Part shown: positions 39,381-51,913 of the stretch, piece by piece
How positions within the stretch are numbered: position 1 is the stretch's first letter
Layout of the letters: each line of letters opens with the position of its first letter
Assembly (NCBI RefSeq): GCF_006345805.1
Contig: NC_043012.1
Span: 22,134,001-22,198,000 of the forward strand
DNA: 64,000 nucleotides
DNA from: Octopus sinensis
Taxonomy: Eukaryota
Direction of reading: 5' to 3'
The notes under the pieces: generated by a model
What the model was told of the DNA's origin: nothing
The model's input: only the letters and a program-made list of their open reading frames with translations
Databases searched by the model: none
Position numbers and translations under genes: made by a program

Positions 39381-40357
39381 TATATTATGGTTGCAAAACG
39401 AAATATGTTGTTCCCACTACGAATTAATGGCGTTTAATACGTTTACATATTCGTTTCGTTTACTCGGGAGACCCATGTTTATTTTTAGTAATTTCCCTAA
39501 CTGTTTTGGGGCATTTTTTATCAATCCAGTTGATATACCTACCTAAAATAAAAGATCGCCCAATGAAACTGTCCAAGATTAGATATGAGGTTTTTTTTTT
39601 TCTTTTTTACATCTATTGACAGGCATTGCGATGTTGTTGAGAATTTCGCTTCGCAATTACATGGTATCGGGTTCGGTCCCACTGCGCGGCAACTTAAGAT
39701 AATGGCGTTTCTTTGTGATAGTCTCGGGACTAGCAGAGACCTGTGATTGGATTTGGTTGGCGGAAACTGGAAAAAAAGACGTGTGTGTGTGTGTGTCTGT
39801 GTGGTCATATTTGTGTATGTGCTTATTTATATCTGATATCGCTTGTACGAGACAACGGTGGTTGGTGTTCGTCCTGTCGACAAAATTTCCGATCAGTTCA
39901 TACAGTCGAAGCTATGCAGAGTAAATAATCCTTCACTTGGAAAACAAATAAGCGTTAGCATCAGAGAGAGCATCCGTCCGTAAAACAATACCTCAAACAA
40001 CATAATTGTCCAATCATGGAATAAAAATAGACGTTTAACGAACAAATGATTACTAAATATTAGATGAAACATTCACACAAGAGAAATCGGTGGTAAAAAC
40101 CATCATTATTAAGGAAGTATGCTCAAACAAAAAGGATTCGTGAACCTCTCGAATGAGTTTTGGGGGACTGTAAATTATACATTTAGGTTAGAAATGGATC
40201 AGAATGGAATCCTAAGATTGTGATAGTATTACCAAGTTGTGATTTGAATGTTCGGGGGAGAAAAGTTCCATTCTCTGTGTAGTCTTTCACCCACCTCATC
40301 CCCACCACGACCGCCGCCGCCACAATCCATCAGAAAATACAAATGAAAAAAATATTA

Positions 40358-40540
40358 CAGTTCTATATTTAAGAGATGAGGAATTATGTACATTATTTAC
40401 ATTTGACGGATATTTCTCCTCATCTTATTTGCTGTTAACACAACGTTTCGGCTGGTAAACCCTCCAGGCTTCATCAGGTGTCTTGGGGAAATTTCGAACC
40501 TTGGTTCTCATTCCTAAGGTATTTTTCGATGTTGCTATTA

Positions 40541-40585
<45 letters not shown>

Positions 40586-41057
40586 TCACTGCCAGGAATC
40601 CAACTCGGAATCTTTAGGTTCCTCTTAACCACTACGCCATATGCCCGTGGGCAATTATGGAGTGAATTTTTAGGGTTTATAAATCTAATATTTTCTTATC
40701 CTAGCATTTGTGCTGCTTCACAACAACCTCCTAAGCAGACTGACTGCAGATATGAATAGCTTATGGGAACCGGTTATAAGGAAGGATAGGAAAATATTGG
40801 ATTTATAAGCCCTAAAAATTCACTCCATAATTGCCCACGGGCGTATGGCGTAGTGGCTAAGAGCACGGGCTACTAATCCCAAGATTCCGAGTTCGATTCC
40901 AATAATAATAATAATAACATCGAAAATACCTTAGAAATGAGAACCCAGGTTCGAAATTTCCCCAAGACACTTGATGAAGGCTGGAGGGTATATCAACCAA
41001 AACGTTGTGTTAACAACAAACAAGATGAGGACAAATATCCGTCAAATGTAAATAATG
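40358..41057. mobile_element. Palindromic tRNA-headed hammerhead element, copy B
   Basis: Arms of ~270-310 bp around an ~85-bp spacer; A/B boxes at 40846-40856 and 40889-40900; AAAAAATATT flanking repeat at 40347 and 41058. Confidence 0.9.
40437..40482 (-). ncRNA. Minimal type I hammerhead ribozyme, intact core
   Basis: GACAC-CUGAUGA-A-GCCUGG(AGGGUUUA)CCAGCC-GAAACGUU-GUGUU; 5-bp helix I, palindromic helix III. Confidence 0.75.
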
Positions 41058-41477
41058 AAAAAATATTGACATACGTGGAGTAAAAGAGAAGGAAAGTATT
41101 GATATATTTGTTTGATCTTTTAACACTTTATTTATCTGTTTTTATTGATAATGAAACATCAAGAACAGACAAGAAAGAAAGTATCTAGTGTATGTATAAA
41201 CTAAAAACATAATAATAATAATAATAATAATAATAATCCTTTCTGTTGGAAGCACAAGGCCTCAGATTTGGGGAAGGGATTAAGTCGGTTAGATTGACTC
41301 CAGTGCGTAACTGGTACTAATTTTATTGACCCCCGAAAGGATGAAAGGCAGAGCTGACTTCGGCGGAATTTGAACTCAGTAACGTAACGGCAGACGAAAT
41401 ACCACTAAGTATTTCGCCCGGTGTGCCACGATTCTGCCAGCTCACCGCCTTAAATAATAATAATGATGATGATGATG

Positions 41478-41509
<32 letters not shown>

Positions 41510-41510
41510 T

Positions 41511-44122
41511 CTTTCTAGTTTTGGTGTAAGGCCAGATATTTCGAGGGGAGGGGGCCAGTCGATTACAGCCGTTCTAGTACTCAACTGGTACTTATTATAT
41601 TCGACCCTGAAAAGATGAAAAGCGATATTAACCGTAGCGGGATTTGAACTCAGAATTTAATGAAGAAATACCACAAGGTAGTTTTGTCTGGTGTGTTAAC
41701 GATTCTGCCACTAAGCTGTCTTAATGATAATCCTTTCTGCTATGAGCACAAGGCCTGAAATTTTGAGGTAGTGGATAGTCGATTACATCGACTCCAGTGC
41801 GTAACTGGTACTTATTTTATCGACCCCCAAAGGATGAAAGGCAAAGTCGACCTCGGCGGAATTTGAACTCAGAACGTAAAGACGGACAAAATTACCGCTT
41901 AGTACATTATGTTATCAAGCCTGCCTGGAGGGATAAATGATAAATGTAAAGTTAAATTTGGAGCGATTTGAACTCAGAACGTACAGGGTCAGAGGAAAAT
42001 ACTGAATTCAAATTTTGGCACAAGGCCAGCAAGTTCGGGGTTGGGGCTAAGTCGATTACATCGACCCCAGTGCTCAACTGGTACTTATTTCATCGACCAC
42101 CGAAAGGATGATAGGCAAAGTCGACCTCGGCAGAATTTGAACACGGAATGTAAAGGCGGACGAAATACCGCTAAGCATTTTGCCCGGCCTGCTAACGATT
42201 CTGCCAGCTCGCCGTCTTGGTCAGAAGACATGTTGCAAGGCCCTATACAAATTTTAGTTATCCAATTCCCTAAAAGACTGAAATTCAAATGACGCGGTGG
42301 GATTTCAGCTCAAAATGCCAAACACTGGATCAATTACCACAAGGTAGTTGTCCAACAGTTTACTGACTCTGCCAACCCATTGTGTTCATAATAATGATAA
42401 TAATATCATACATGGGCATACACAAAGCCTAAAATATGGCAGGGGCAGGGATCAGTCAATGAAAATGATCCCCAGTTCATCACGGGTATTTACCAGAAGG
42501 AGAAAAAGGCAGATATGAAATTGGTGTGAATACAGAATAATAATAATTATTATTATTATTATCATTATTATTATTATTATTGTTATTTCTATTCTAGGCA
42601 CAAGGCCTTGAGAACTTTTAGGGAAAGGGGTAGTCGATTATATCAACTGCGTAACTGGTACTTAATTCAACGACCCCAAAAGGATGAAGGGCAAAGTCGA
42701 CCTCGGCGGAATTTGAACTCAGAACGTAGTGACGGACAAAATGCCGCTAAGCATTTCCTCCAGCGTGTTAACGATTCTGCCAGCTCGCCACCTTCATAAT
42801 AATAATGATAATAATAATATAATAATTCTTTCTAGTTTTGGTGTAAGGCCAGATATTTCGAGGGGAGGGGGCCAGTCGATTACAGCCGTTCTAGTACTCA
42901 ACTGGTACTTATTATATTCGACCCTGAAAAGATGAAAAGCGATATTAACCGTAGCGGGATTTGAACTCAGAATTTAATGAAGAAATACCACAAGGTAGTT
43001 TTGTCTGGTGTGTTAACGATTCTGCCACTAAGCTGTCTTAATGATAATCCTTTCTGCTATGAGCACAAGGCCTGAAATTTTGAGGTAGTGGATAGTCGAT
43101 TACATCGACTCCAGTGCGTAACTGGTACTTATTTTATCGACCCCCAAAGGATGAAAGGCAAAGTCGACCTCGGCGGAATTTGAACTCAGAACGTAAAGAC
43201 GGACAAAATTACCGCTTAGTACATTATGTTATCAAGCCTGCCTGGAGGGATAAATGATAAATGTAAAGTTAAATTTGGAGCGATTTGAACTCAGAACGTA
43301 CAGGGTCAGAGGAAAATACTGAATTCAAATTTTGGCACAAGGCCAGCAAGTTCGGGGTTGGGGCTAAGTCGATTACATCGACCCCAGTGCTCAACTGGTA
43401 CTTATTTCATCGACCACCGAAAGGATGATAGGCAAAGTCGACCTCGGCAGAATTTGAACACGGAATGTAAAGGCGGACGAAATACCGCTAAGCATTTTGC
43501 CCGGCCTGCTAACGATTCTGCCAGCTCGCCGTCTTGGTCAGAAGACATGTTGCAAGGCCCTATACAAATTTTAGTTATCCAATTCCCTAAAAGACTGAAA
43601 TTCAAATGACGCGGTGGGATTTCAGCTCAAAATGCCAAACACTGGATCAATTACCACAAGGTAGTTGTCCACAGTTTACTGACTCTGCCAACCCATTGTG
43701 TTCATAATAATGATAATAATATCATACATGGGCATACACAAAGCCTAAAATATGGCAGGGGCAGGGATCAGTCAATGAAAATGATCCCCAGTTCATCACG
43801 GGTATTTACCAGAAGGAGAAAAAGGCAGATATGAAATTGGTGTGAATACAGAATAATAATAATTATTATTATTATTATCATTATTATTATTATTATTGTT
43901 ATTCTATTCTAGGCACAAGGCCTTGAGAACTTTTAGGGAAAGGGGTAGTCGATTATATCAACTGCGTAACTGGTACTTAATTCAACGACCCCAAAAGGAT
44001 GAAGGGCAAAGTCGACCTCGGCGGAATTTGAACTCAGAACGTAGTGACGGACAAAATGCCGCTAAGCATTTCCTCCAGCGTGTTAACGATTCTGCCAGCT
44101 CGCCACCTTCATAATAATAATG

Positions 44123-44130
<8 letters not shown>
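41511..44130. repeat. Tandem duplication, 2 x ~1317 bp, of a minus-strand SINE-A cluster
   Basis: Near-identical copies (ORFs 42041 and 43358 identical), bounded by (AAT)n. Confidence 0.95.
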
Positions 44131-44210
<80 letters not shown>

Positions 44211-44321
44211 CCGAAGTCTATATGTGCTGAAAAATATCTTTTGATGGGACAGGTAGATGAAAGTGGCAAATAAACGCCAAAAGAAGTTTATGTATATGTA
44301 CAAATACATACGTACGTACAT

Positions 44322-44385
<64 letters not shown>

Positions 44386-44538
44386 GTGAGATTGGTGTAC
44401 AGAGAGGCTGTGGAAAATTAGGTGCCTATTGGTGTTAGTGGATTATCATATTCAAACACAGTGCCTTAGTTAATGAAACAGTTCTTGTTCTGTGTACTTA
44501 ATTAGTAAATTTCAGTATATTATATGCAAAATATAAGG

Positions 44539-44640
<102 letters not shown>

Positions 44641-44802
44641 TGTATGTATGTATGTATGTGTGTATGTATGTAGTATGTATGCATACATATATGTATGCAT
44701 GCATGCATATATGTATGTATATTTATAATATATATATTATATATATTATAGATATGTATATCATTTTAATATAAATATTATGTAAATTGATATATAAATT
44801 GG

Positions 44803-44853
<51 letters not shown>

Positions 44854-45164
44854 ATATGTATGTATGTATGCATGCATATATGTATGTATATTTGTAAATA
44901 TAAATATATACATACTATAGATATGTATATCATTTTAATACAATATAATATGTAAATTGATATATAAATTGGTATATATATATCTATATATATATATATA
45001 TATATATGGAATATGATATGTACGCATAAATGTATGATATATGTACGTATGTATGTACGTATGTATATGTGTGTGTGCATAATATATAACATTGTATGTA
45101 CGTATTCATCGTGTAACTGTAATATATAATGTTATATATGTAACAAAGTGTAATGCGTAATATA

Positions 45165-45989
45165 CAGGGTGGGTGGAAAGTAACTAGGCATTAGAAATTG
45201 CTTATAGAATTTTTAGAATCACCGAAGTCACAAAAACATTCTTTAAACAGATAACACTAATGGAGATTTCTTATTTTCATATTGTCTTATTTCTTAGTTT
45301 CCAGATGGTCCGTCGTATGGAATTCTATTGTTTTGGTTCAGAGATGGTGGCGTACATGGAAATGTAAGCCTGCAACACTATGTCCAGAGACAATGAGAAG
45401 TCATGCAAAGCTGATGACCACGGGCTCTGTGAACGATGCAAGAAGTGGCCGTCCGGCAATATCCCGATTAGTGAAGAACGTGGCGGCAACAGTGCAGGAA
45501 ATGCTTAATCGTAGCCCGCTCGTGAAGGTGGACTAACAAGACACACAATACGTACGGTGTTGCATAAAGAATTGAATCTTCGTCCGTGGAAATCCCATTA
45601 CGTGCAGGAGCTAAAACCTGAAGACTGCGACCGCAGAAGTCGAGAACTTCAAGAAGTCCAGATCTCACTCCATGTGATTTTTACCTGATGGGGGTCACAC
45701 AAAAGAGGAGGGGTACAAGACAAAACCTCGCACGCTTGAGGACTTGGAGACACGGATTCAGGAGGTCCTCAATGATATCCGAGACGACGCCCTTCAGAAG
45801 GTTGCTCATTTCATCCCTGGCCGTTTGAGGAAACTAGTTGACGCCACCGTTGCGTACGTTAAAATATGAAGATTTACTTTTATTTTCCCATGTAATAAAG
45901 AACATGTATCATTTGTTTCAATAAATTTGTAAAAGGAATATAAATGTTATTACCAATTTTTAATGCCTACTTACTTTTCACCCACCATG
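45165..45989 (+). mobile_element. Internally deleted Tc1/mariner-superfamily element
   Basis: TIR CAGGGTGGGTGGAAAGTAACTAGGCATTA; PDLTPCDF motif; left TA. Confidence 0.85.
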
Positions 45990-46904
45990 TGTATATAACA
46001 TAATATTATATGTCATATGTATGATATATATGATATATATACTATATAAAACATATATAATATTCTCCTTAATATATCATATATATATATATATTATATA
46101 TTATATATATATATATATATACAGTGATTATATGGAGTGGACTATTAGTTAAATTTAATACCAATATATTTGAAAGTACTAATTATGTTATTACAACCAT
46201 TGAACCACACATATATGAATGCGTATACGTGAATATTTATAGAATATGTGTATATATTTAATTCAAAATATACATACATGAAAACAAATACTGTCGAAGG
46301 AGAAGGAGAAAAGAAGAGGAGGACCTATGCAAATTAAAAATATGATTTATAAAAATAAATAGAATTTTATCAATAATTATACCGGTGGAATATCGGATAC
46401 GGATCATACATATGCATATTGTGTGTGTATATATATATATATATATACTCACACGCACATGTTTGTGTGTGTGTGTGTGCGCGTGTGTGTGTAGTTGAGC
46501 TTTGGTAGAATCATGCAAGTAAATTTTGATTGGCTGTACTAGGATAACTATTCTAATTACCCCACCTACTATCAATTAAAAGTATCTAAGTCTGTTCTTA
46601 ATATATTTCATTTATATATCAACACCTTTGATCACTGGTGTGTGTGTGTGTGTGTGTGTATACACTATGTTAGAATGTGTGTTTATCATATGGCCAATAT
46701 ACGTTTGTGATTGTGACAAGTGTGTGTTTATGAGATTACGTTTCGTTTATGCATATGTCTACTGTTTAAATGTATATTTATACGTGACTGTGTGTATATA
46801 TATATATATATATTAATATTAATATTTCACTTAGACATAGCGAAACTAATAACCTGGTGTATAACTCAATATATACATACATATACATATACATATACAT
46901 ATGT

Positions 46905-46944
<40 letters not shown>

Positions 46945-46994
46945 GCAAATTTCCTGCGTGGAAATACACCTCCTCTTTTGTTTTATATATATAA

Positions 46995-47106
<112 letters not shown>

Positions 47107-47384
47107 ATTTCATTTGCATGTGTATGTGTTTGTGTTTGCTGGTAAGGGTGAGTCTGCATGTTGCTCTGTGTGTGTGTGTCCTATGCATTGGAAAAGATAA
47201 TTTTTTTTATTTATTTATTTATTATATTGTTTCCCCATCACCGCCATAATTACTTCCCCTTCTCTCACCTGATAAGGTACAGGTAGAGATCAGAACTATA
47301 ATTAACTTCTAATTAATAGTAATCTAAATAGTAACTAAATTCAACCAATGATGAATTAACCCCAAAATAAAAATGGCGTCATCA

Positions 47385-47492
47385 TTAATACTGGAGTTTG
47401 AAGAGTGGGTTGTCTTCGTTGAGGATGTCCGTGACGTAGACCGCACGTCCGTTCGGTGCAACAGCAATGTCGTGGGGCATAGCTTTGTTGTT
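47385..47492 (-). CDS. PAL: Peptidyl-alpha-hydroxyglycine alpha-amidating lyase, terminal exon
   Basis: TTCTTTTCCAG acceptor; NNKAMPHDIAVAPNGRAVYVTDILNEDNPLFKLQY*; PHD motif of PAM-family lyases. Confidence 0.9.
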   Translation of the reverse strand, partial: NNKAMPHDIAVAPNGRAVYVTDILNEDNPLFKLQY

Positions 47493-47649
47493 CTGGAAAA
47501 GAAGAATAGCAGGAGACAAAAATTAAAGAATATCTTGGTTTTGTTTTTCGTTTTGGGGTTTGCGGGTGTATGGGATAGGCAAGTATTCTGAGAAATTGTT
47601 GGTGGAGGGGGCAACAGTATACGAGTTTGTGTATGAAGTGTGTTTGTTT

Positions 47650-47950
47650 GTTCCTTCTCGAGCCGTGCCTGGCTCATAAGGGCCGGTTTCCCGGTTTCTT
47701 CGGCGTATTGGTTCCCCACCTGGACGGGACGCCTGTCCGTCGCAGGTGAGCTGCAAGATGCAGGAGGGGAGAGTAAGAGAAAGTTGTAGTGAAAGAGTCA
47801 GCAGAAGTTCGCCATTACCTTCTGCCGGAGCCGCGTGAAGCTTAGGTGTTTCGCTCATAAACACACACACATCGCCCGGTCTGAGATTCGAACCCGAGAT
47901 CCCTCGACCGCGAGTCTGCTGCTCTAACCACTAGGCCTTGTGCCTCCACT
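47650..47950 (-). mobile_element. SINE family C in the last PAL intron
   Basis: tRNA-like head GTGGAGGCACAAGGCCTAGTGGTTAGAGC...GGTTCGAATC. Confidence 0.75.
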
Positions 47951-48059
47951 CAAGTTTGTGTATATGTATGTATAAGTATATACATGTTTGTGTGTGTCTG
48001 TGTGTATCTGTGTGTGTCTATGTGTACATATATGTTTAATTAAGTGATCAATTAATTAT

Positions 48060-48265
48060 AGTTGCAGGAATGGCTGTGTGGTAAGAAATTTGCTTCCCAA
48101 CCACATGGTTCCGGGTTCAGTCCCACTGCGTAGCACCTTGAGCAGATGTCTTCTACTATAGCCCTGGCTGCAGTCCTGTAACCCTTTGGTCAGCCTTCGA
48201 CTGACGAAAAGTTTTGTCTCGTGACAGGATTTGGTAGTCGGGAACTGAAAGAAGTGTGTGTGCGT
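48060..48265 (+). mobile_element. SINE family B, 5' part
   Basis: GCAGGAATGGCTGTGTGGTAAG head and body. Confidence 0.75.
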
Positions 48266-48399
48266 GTGTGCATTAATGCTTTGTGATGACACTGAAGAAT
48301 CCTTATAGACTGTATAATTATTAGTATTGTTGTTGTGACTACAATTTAATTAATTAATGAATTGATTATTTAATTAATTAATCTCGTGATTAAACTCAC

Positions 48400-48506
48400 C
48401 ATGTTTCTTCCGGTGTGCCAGGTAGCAATAACTTCACCGTTCAGTAAGCCGATGGTACTGCCAAAACCTCGTCCAGACAACATACTGGCCACGTAAAGGA
48501 CATTCA
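48400..48506 (-). CDS. PAL: PAL penultimate exon
   Basis: TTATTCCACAG / GTGAGT, phase 1 to 0; MNVLYVASMLSGRGFGSTIGLLNGEVIATWHTGRNM. Confidence 0.88.
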
Positions 48507-48798
48507 CTGTGGAATAATAGAGAAAGAGAAAGACAGAGCGTGATTGTTTGGAAGTAAGGGAAAGTGTATAAGAATCAGACAAATGGGGCAGAGAAGTCTG
48601 CCCCATTCAGTATTTGTTTTCATGTATGTATATTTTGAATTAAATATATACACATATTCTATAAATATTCACGTATACGCATTCATATAATAGTCTTTTT
48701 CTAATATTACATATTAAGCATTGCAGCATGGAAGGTGTTTATAAGCCATTTAAGAAACACACAAAAGCCGTTCGATTCACTTCAACATTTAAGTTTAA

Positions 48799-48848
48799 TT
48801 TGTCAAAATATTTTCGTCGCTAAAATCCGCGACCTGTTCACTGACAAA
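48799..48848 (-). ncRNA. Hammerhead-like motif, G3:C8 variant (minus-strand copy)
   Basis: Exact reverse complement of 48871-48920. Confidence 0.65.
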
Positions 48849-48870
48849 AATCCGTGCTGCATCACGGATT

Positions 48871-48920
48871 TTTGTCAGTGAACAGGTCGCGGATTTTAGC
48901 GACGAAAATATTTTGACAAA
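48871..48920 (+). ncRNA. Hammerhead-like motif, G3:C8 variant
   Basis: UUUGUCA-GUGAACA-G-GUCGC(GGAUUUUA)GCGAC-GAAAAUAUUU-UGACAAA. Confidence 0.65.
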
Positions 48921-49494
48921 TTAAACTTAAATGTTGAAGTGAATCGAACGGCTTTTGTGTGTTTCTTAAATGGCTTACAAACACCTTCCACGCTGCAATT
49001 GTTTTCGTTTCAGCACACGATCTCAGATCAATTTACTTGCTATGCGAGTACATCTCCGTAATATTAAGCATTGCCATCAAAATACATTCATTATGAAATA
49101 GAAAGAGAAACAGAGAGGGGAAAAAAGAGGGAGAGAAATAGAGAGAGAGAGAGACTGAGAGAGAGAGAGAGCTTTTGCCAGACAGAGAGAGACAGAGAGA
49201 GACAGGTAGCGAGAAAGACAATGGGTTTGTGTGATATCCATTGGTATCATAATTTAAATATGAATTTATAAAATGCTGTTGAAGAAAGGGGGTTTATATA
49301 GAACTTCTAGTGGTCTTATTTTAAATTTGGGTTTATGAAATATGTTCCGGGTTCTTTGTTTGAATCAATGTTCTCAACCGTTTTTTTACATATGGACCCC
49401 TTTGGTTATTATTTTATTGGTGTGGGTCTTCATAAAAAATTCGATGTTTAATGAATCCTATTATATTTATATAGTGGAGGCGCGTGGCTTAGTG

Positions 49495-49725
49495 GTTAGG
49501 GTGTCAGCATCATGATTGTAAGATTGTGGCTTCGATTCCTGGACCGGGCGACGCGTTGTGTTCTTGAGCAAAACATTTCATTTCACGTTGCTCCAGTTCA
49601 CTCAGCTGGCAAAAATGAGTAACGCTGCGATGGACTGGCGTCTCGTCCAGCTGGGGAACATATACACCATAGAAACCGGGAGACCGGGCCCATAAGCCTG
49701 GCTAGGCTTTATAAGGGTGCATTTA
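49495..49725 (+). mobile_element. SINE family C relative (CORE/V-like body)
   Basis: tRNA head TGGCTTAGTGGTTAGG...TTCGATTCC; TTCTTGAGCAA and GCGATGGACTGGCGTC segments. Confidence 0.7.
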
Positions 49726-50499
49726 TTTATTTATTATTATTATTATATTTACATAATTAAATATTATTAAGATTTGTATAAAAGAATTGTTTAAATCTTT
49801 TGTGTATTGTAGGAGTTATACCAATTTATTTTACATAAATTTTAACAACAAAATCTTATACGGAACCCCACAAGGGCCATATGAACCTTGGTTGACAACC
49901 ACTGTTTTAAATTATGAAGCACTGTTAAGGCCATAGTTTGAATAGACTGGTGCAGGCCTCATGATCCTAATGCTGCCGGTTAAATTCCTGGACTGAGCGA
50001 GTGATATGTCCTTACACAAGTCACTTCATTTCACATTACTCCAGTTTACTCAGCTGAAACGAGTATCAGCTGAGTGACGGTGCATCTCTTACCCTTTCCC
50101 TCTTGTAGTTACATCCTTGATATTCTCCTACATCAAAGGGCGAGTGAGAGCTTATTTATACCCCCTTCTTGACTACATACGTTTCTAAAACACTTAGCAC
50201 AAGTACTTATGGTACTTGCTGCCAACTTACATTCACTTGCAAGTGACAGCTATGCATGAGAGGACATGCTTTAAATATAGGTTTATGAAGTACCTGGGTG
50301 GGTTGAATATAAAGTACACCAGGCTATAACACTTTCCTCCCTTGCTTTATGGAGTTGAAACCGGAACACTCTCTAAAGCTTGAGCTGAGAAGAGTTACGC
50401 ATATATGATGATACAGCTGTGAAAGATTACGAATATCGCTCTGTTTGAGAAGATCAGGAACGAAGCGATCCCCCGGCATGCTGGTCTACCTCCTACGAT

Positions 50500-50710
50500 G
50501 GAAATCCTCATTGATAGAAATTTACATTGGTTGGGACACCCTCATATGATGGACTACAACAGACTACCCCAGACAACTCTTTTACACCCAACGATGCAAG
50601 GAGGAAAAGAAACCATGGAAGATTTCGACTGAGACACAAAGACAGTGCAAAAAGGAATATCGGAATATGAAGTGGAAAGGAATTGATCACAATAAATGGC
50701 AAACTCAAAA
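50500..50710 (+). pseudogene. Decayed RTE-like LINE 3' fragment
   Basis: WLGH..MDYNRLP resembles the RTE RWLGHV.RM...RLP motif. Confidence 0.55.
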
Positions 50711-50796
50711 GAAAAACCGAACAGTATGAATAAAGATTACCCAGTCATGCTAAGGCCTTGCCCAGTCATAGTCACGACAACTGACTGCAAATAATG

Positions 50797-50833
<37 letters not shown>

Positions 50834-50838
<5 letters not shown>

Positions 50839-51395
50839 GCCCTGATGCAATACCAGGCAGTGGCTCTCATGGCTTCTGATCTTAACTGATTGGAAGTGTT
50901 ATCATGTACATTGTTTTGTCTTGGTATAAAAGATGGGCTACAGCAAATATTCTGCTCAATACCACACATTTGCTTGTCAGTTGTTTGACTTTAACCAGTT
51001 GAGCATGTCCCTTAGTGGCTGACGATATGTGCATCTCTGATCACAAGCAGAAGTAGTGGGGGAGCATCATAGCCATGTGTTGAGAGGGATTCTTTTGGGT
51101 TTGAATAATTCACCTCTGGAAACATGGGTGGTTCTTTCAACATCCTTAAACAACCCTTATTCAGGGACCTTTCGAGTGGGATGGGTTACTCGACCTGAAG
51201 AAAATTCTAACTGGGCCCCACCTGCAAGGTCATGTGCTGTTTATTTTGATATGAGATCACCATGTCGCGCACATATGGTTGTGATGCATGTGCCTGGTGT
51301 ACCCTTATCAGACGGGTAGTCATGATGGGTATATTGGGCTTCGTATATTTTACCCCAGTGTCACTTTGATGGTATGAACTGCTCTCTCACTCAAT
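50834..51395. mobile_element. Unclassified ~560-bp interspersed repeat between (TAA)n tracts
   Basis: Sharp composition boundaries with (TAA)n flanks; family not determinable here. Confidence 0.4.
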
Positions 51396-51913
51396 AATAA
51401 TAATAATAATAATAATAATAGGTCTCTATGAAGTATTGTTAGGAGCCACATTCTAAATGTGGGTTAATAGAGGACAGGTAAGGATCAAAGATTAAATGTG
51501 ATTCTATAAAGTACTGTTATTGATCAGACAGAAAGATCATTGTGGAGGCCGACATGAAGAGTATTCTCGAGAAAACTCACTTTCATAGACATCATTGGGC
51601 ACAACTCTCAAGAACTGCCATCAATGAGCCTGGAGTTGCGATGGAAGTCGATCGTACAGTGGATCCCGACTGGTTTAAAATTTATTGTTCAACCACGTCG
51701 AAAGATGGTTGTTATCGTCGTCATCGTCGTGGTGTTGGTCGTCGTCGCGGCGGCGACGACGATGATGGTCATGATGATGATGATGATAATGATAAAGTAC
51801 TGACAGAGGCCATAGTTTAAATTAAGGTTCATAAAATATTGTTAACGATCATAATCTTTAACTGTATCAGTATAAAGTACAGACAGGAATCATAGAATAA
51901 ATGTAGATTTATA

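Larger units (their letters stand above)
48720..49060. mobile_element. Near-perfect palindrome (137-bp arms, 6-nt spacer) with a 3' extension; pLTR-like
   Basis: Two mismatches between arms; ATATTAAGCATTGC duplicated at 48711 and 49061. Confidence 0.9.

Noticed and set aside
40840-40900. tRNA gene (and other A/B-box motifs)
   Set aside because: Imperfect acceptor stem, atypical ACT anticodon and repeat context: these are SINE-type heads, not tRNA genes
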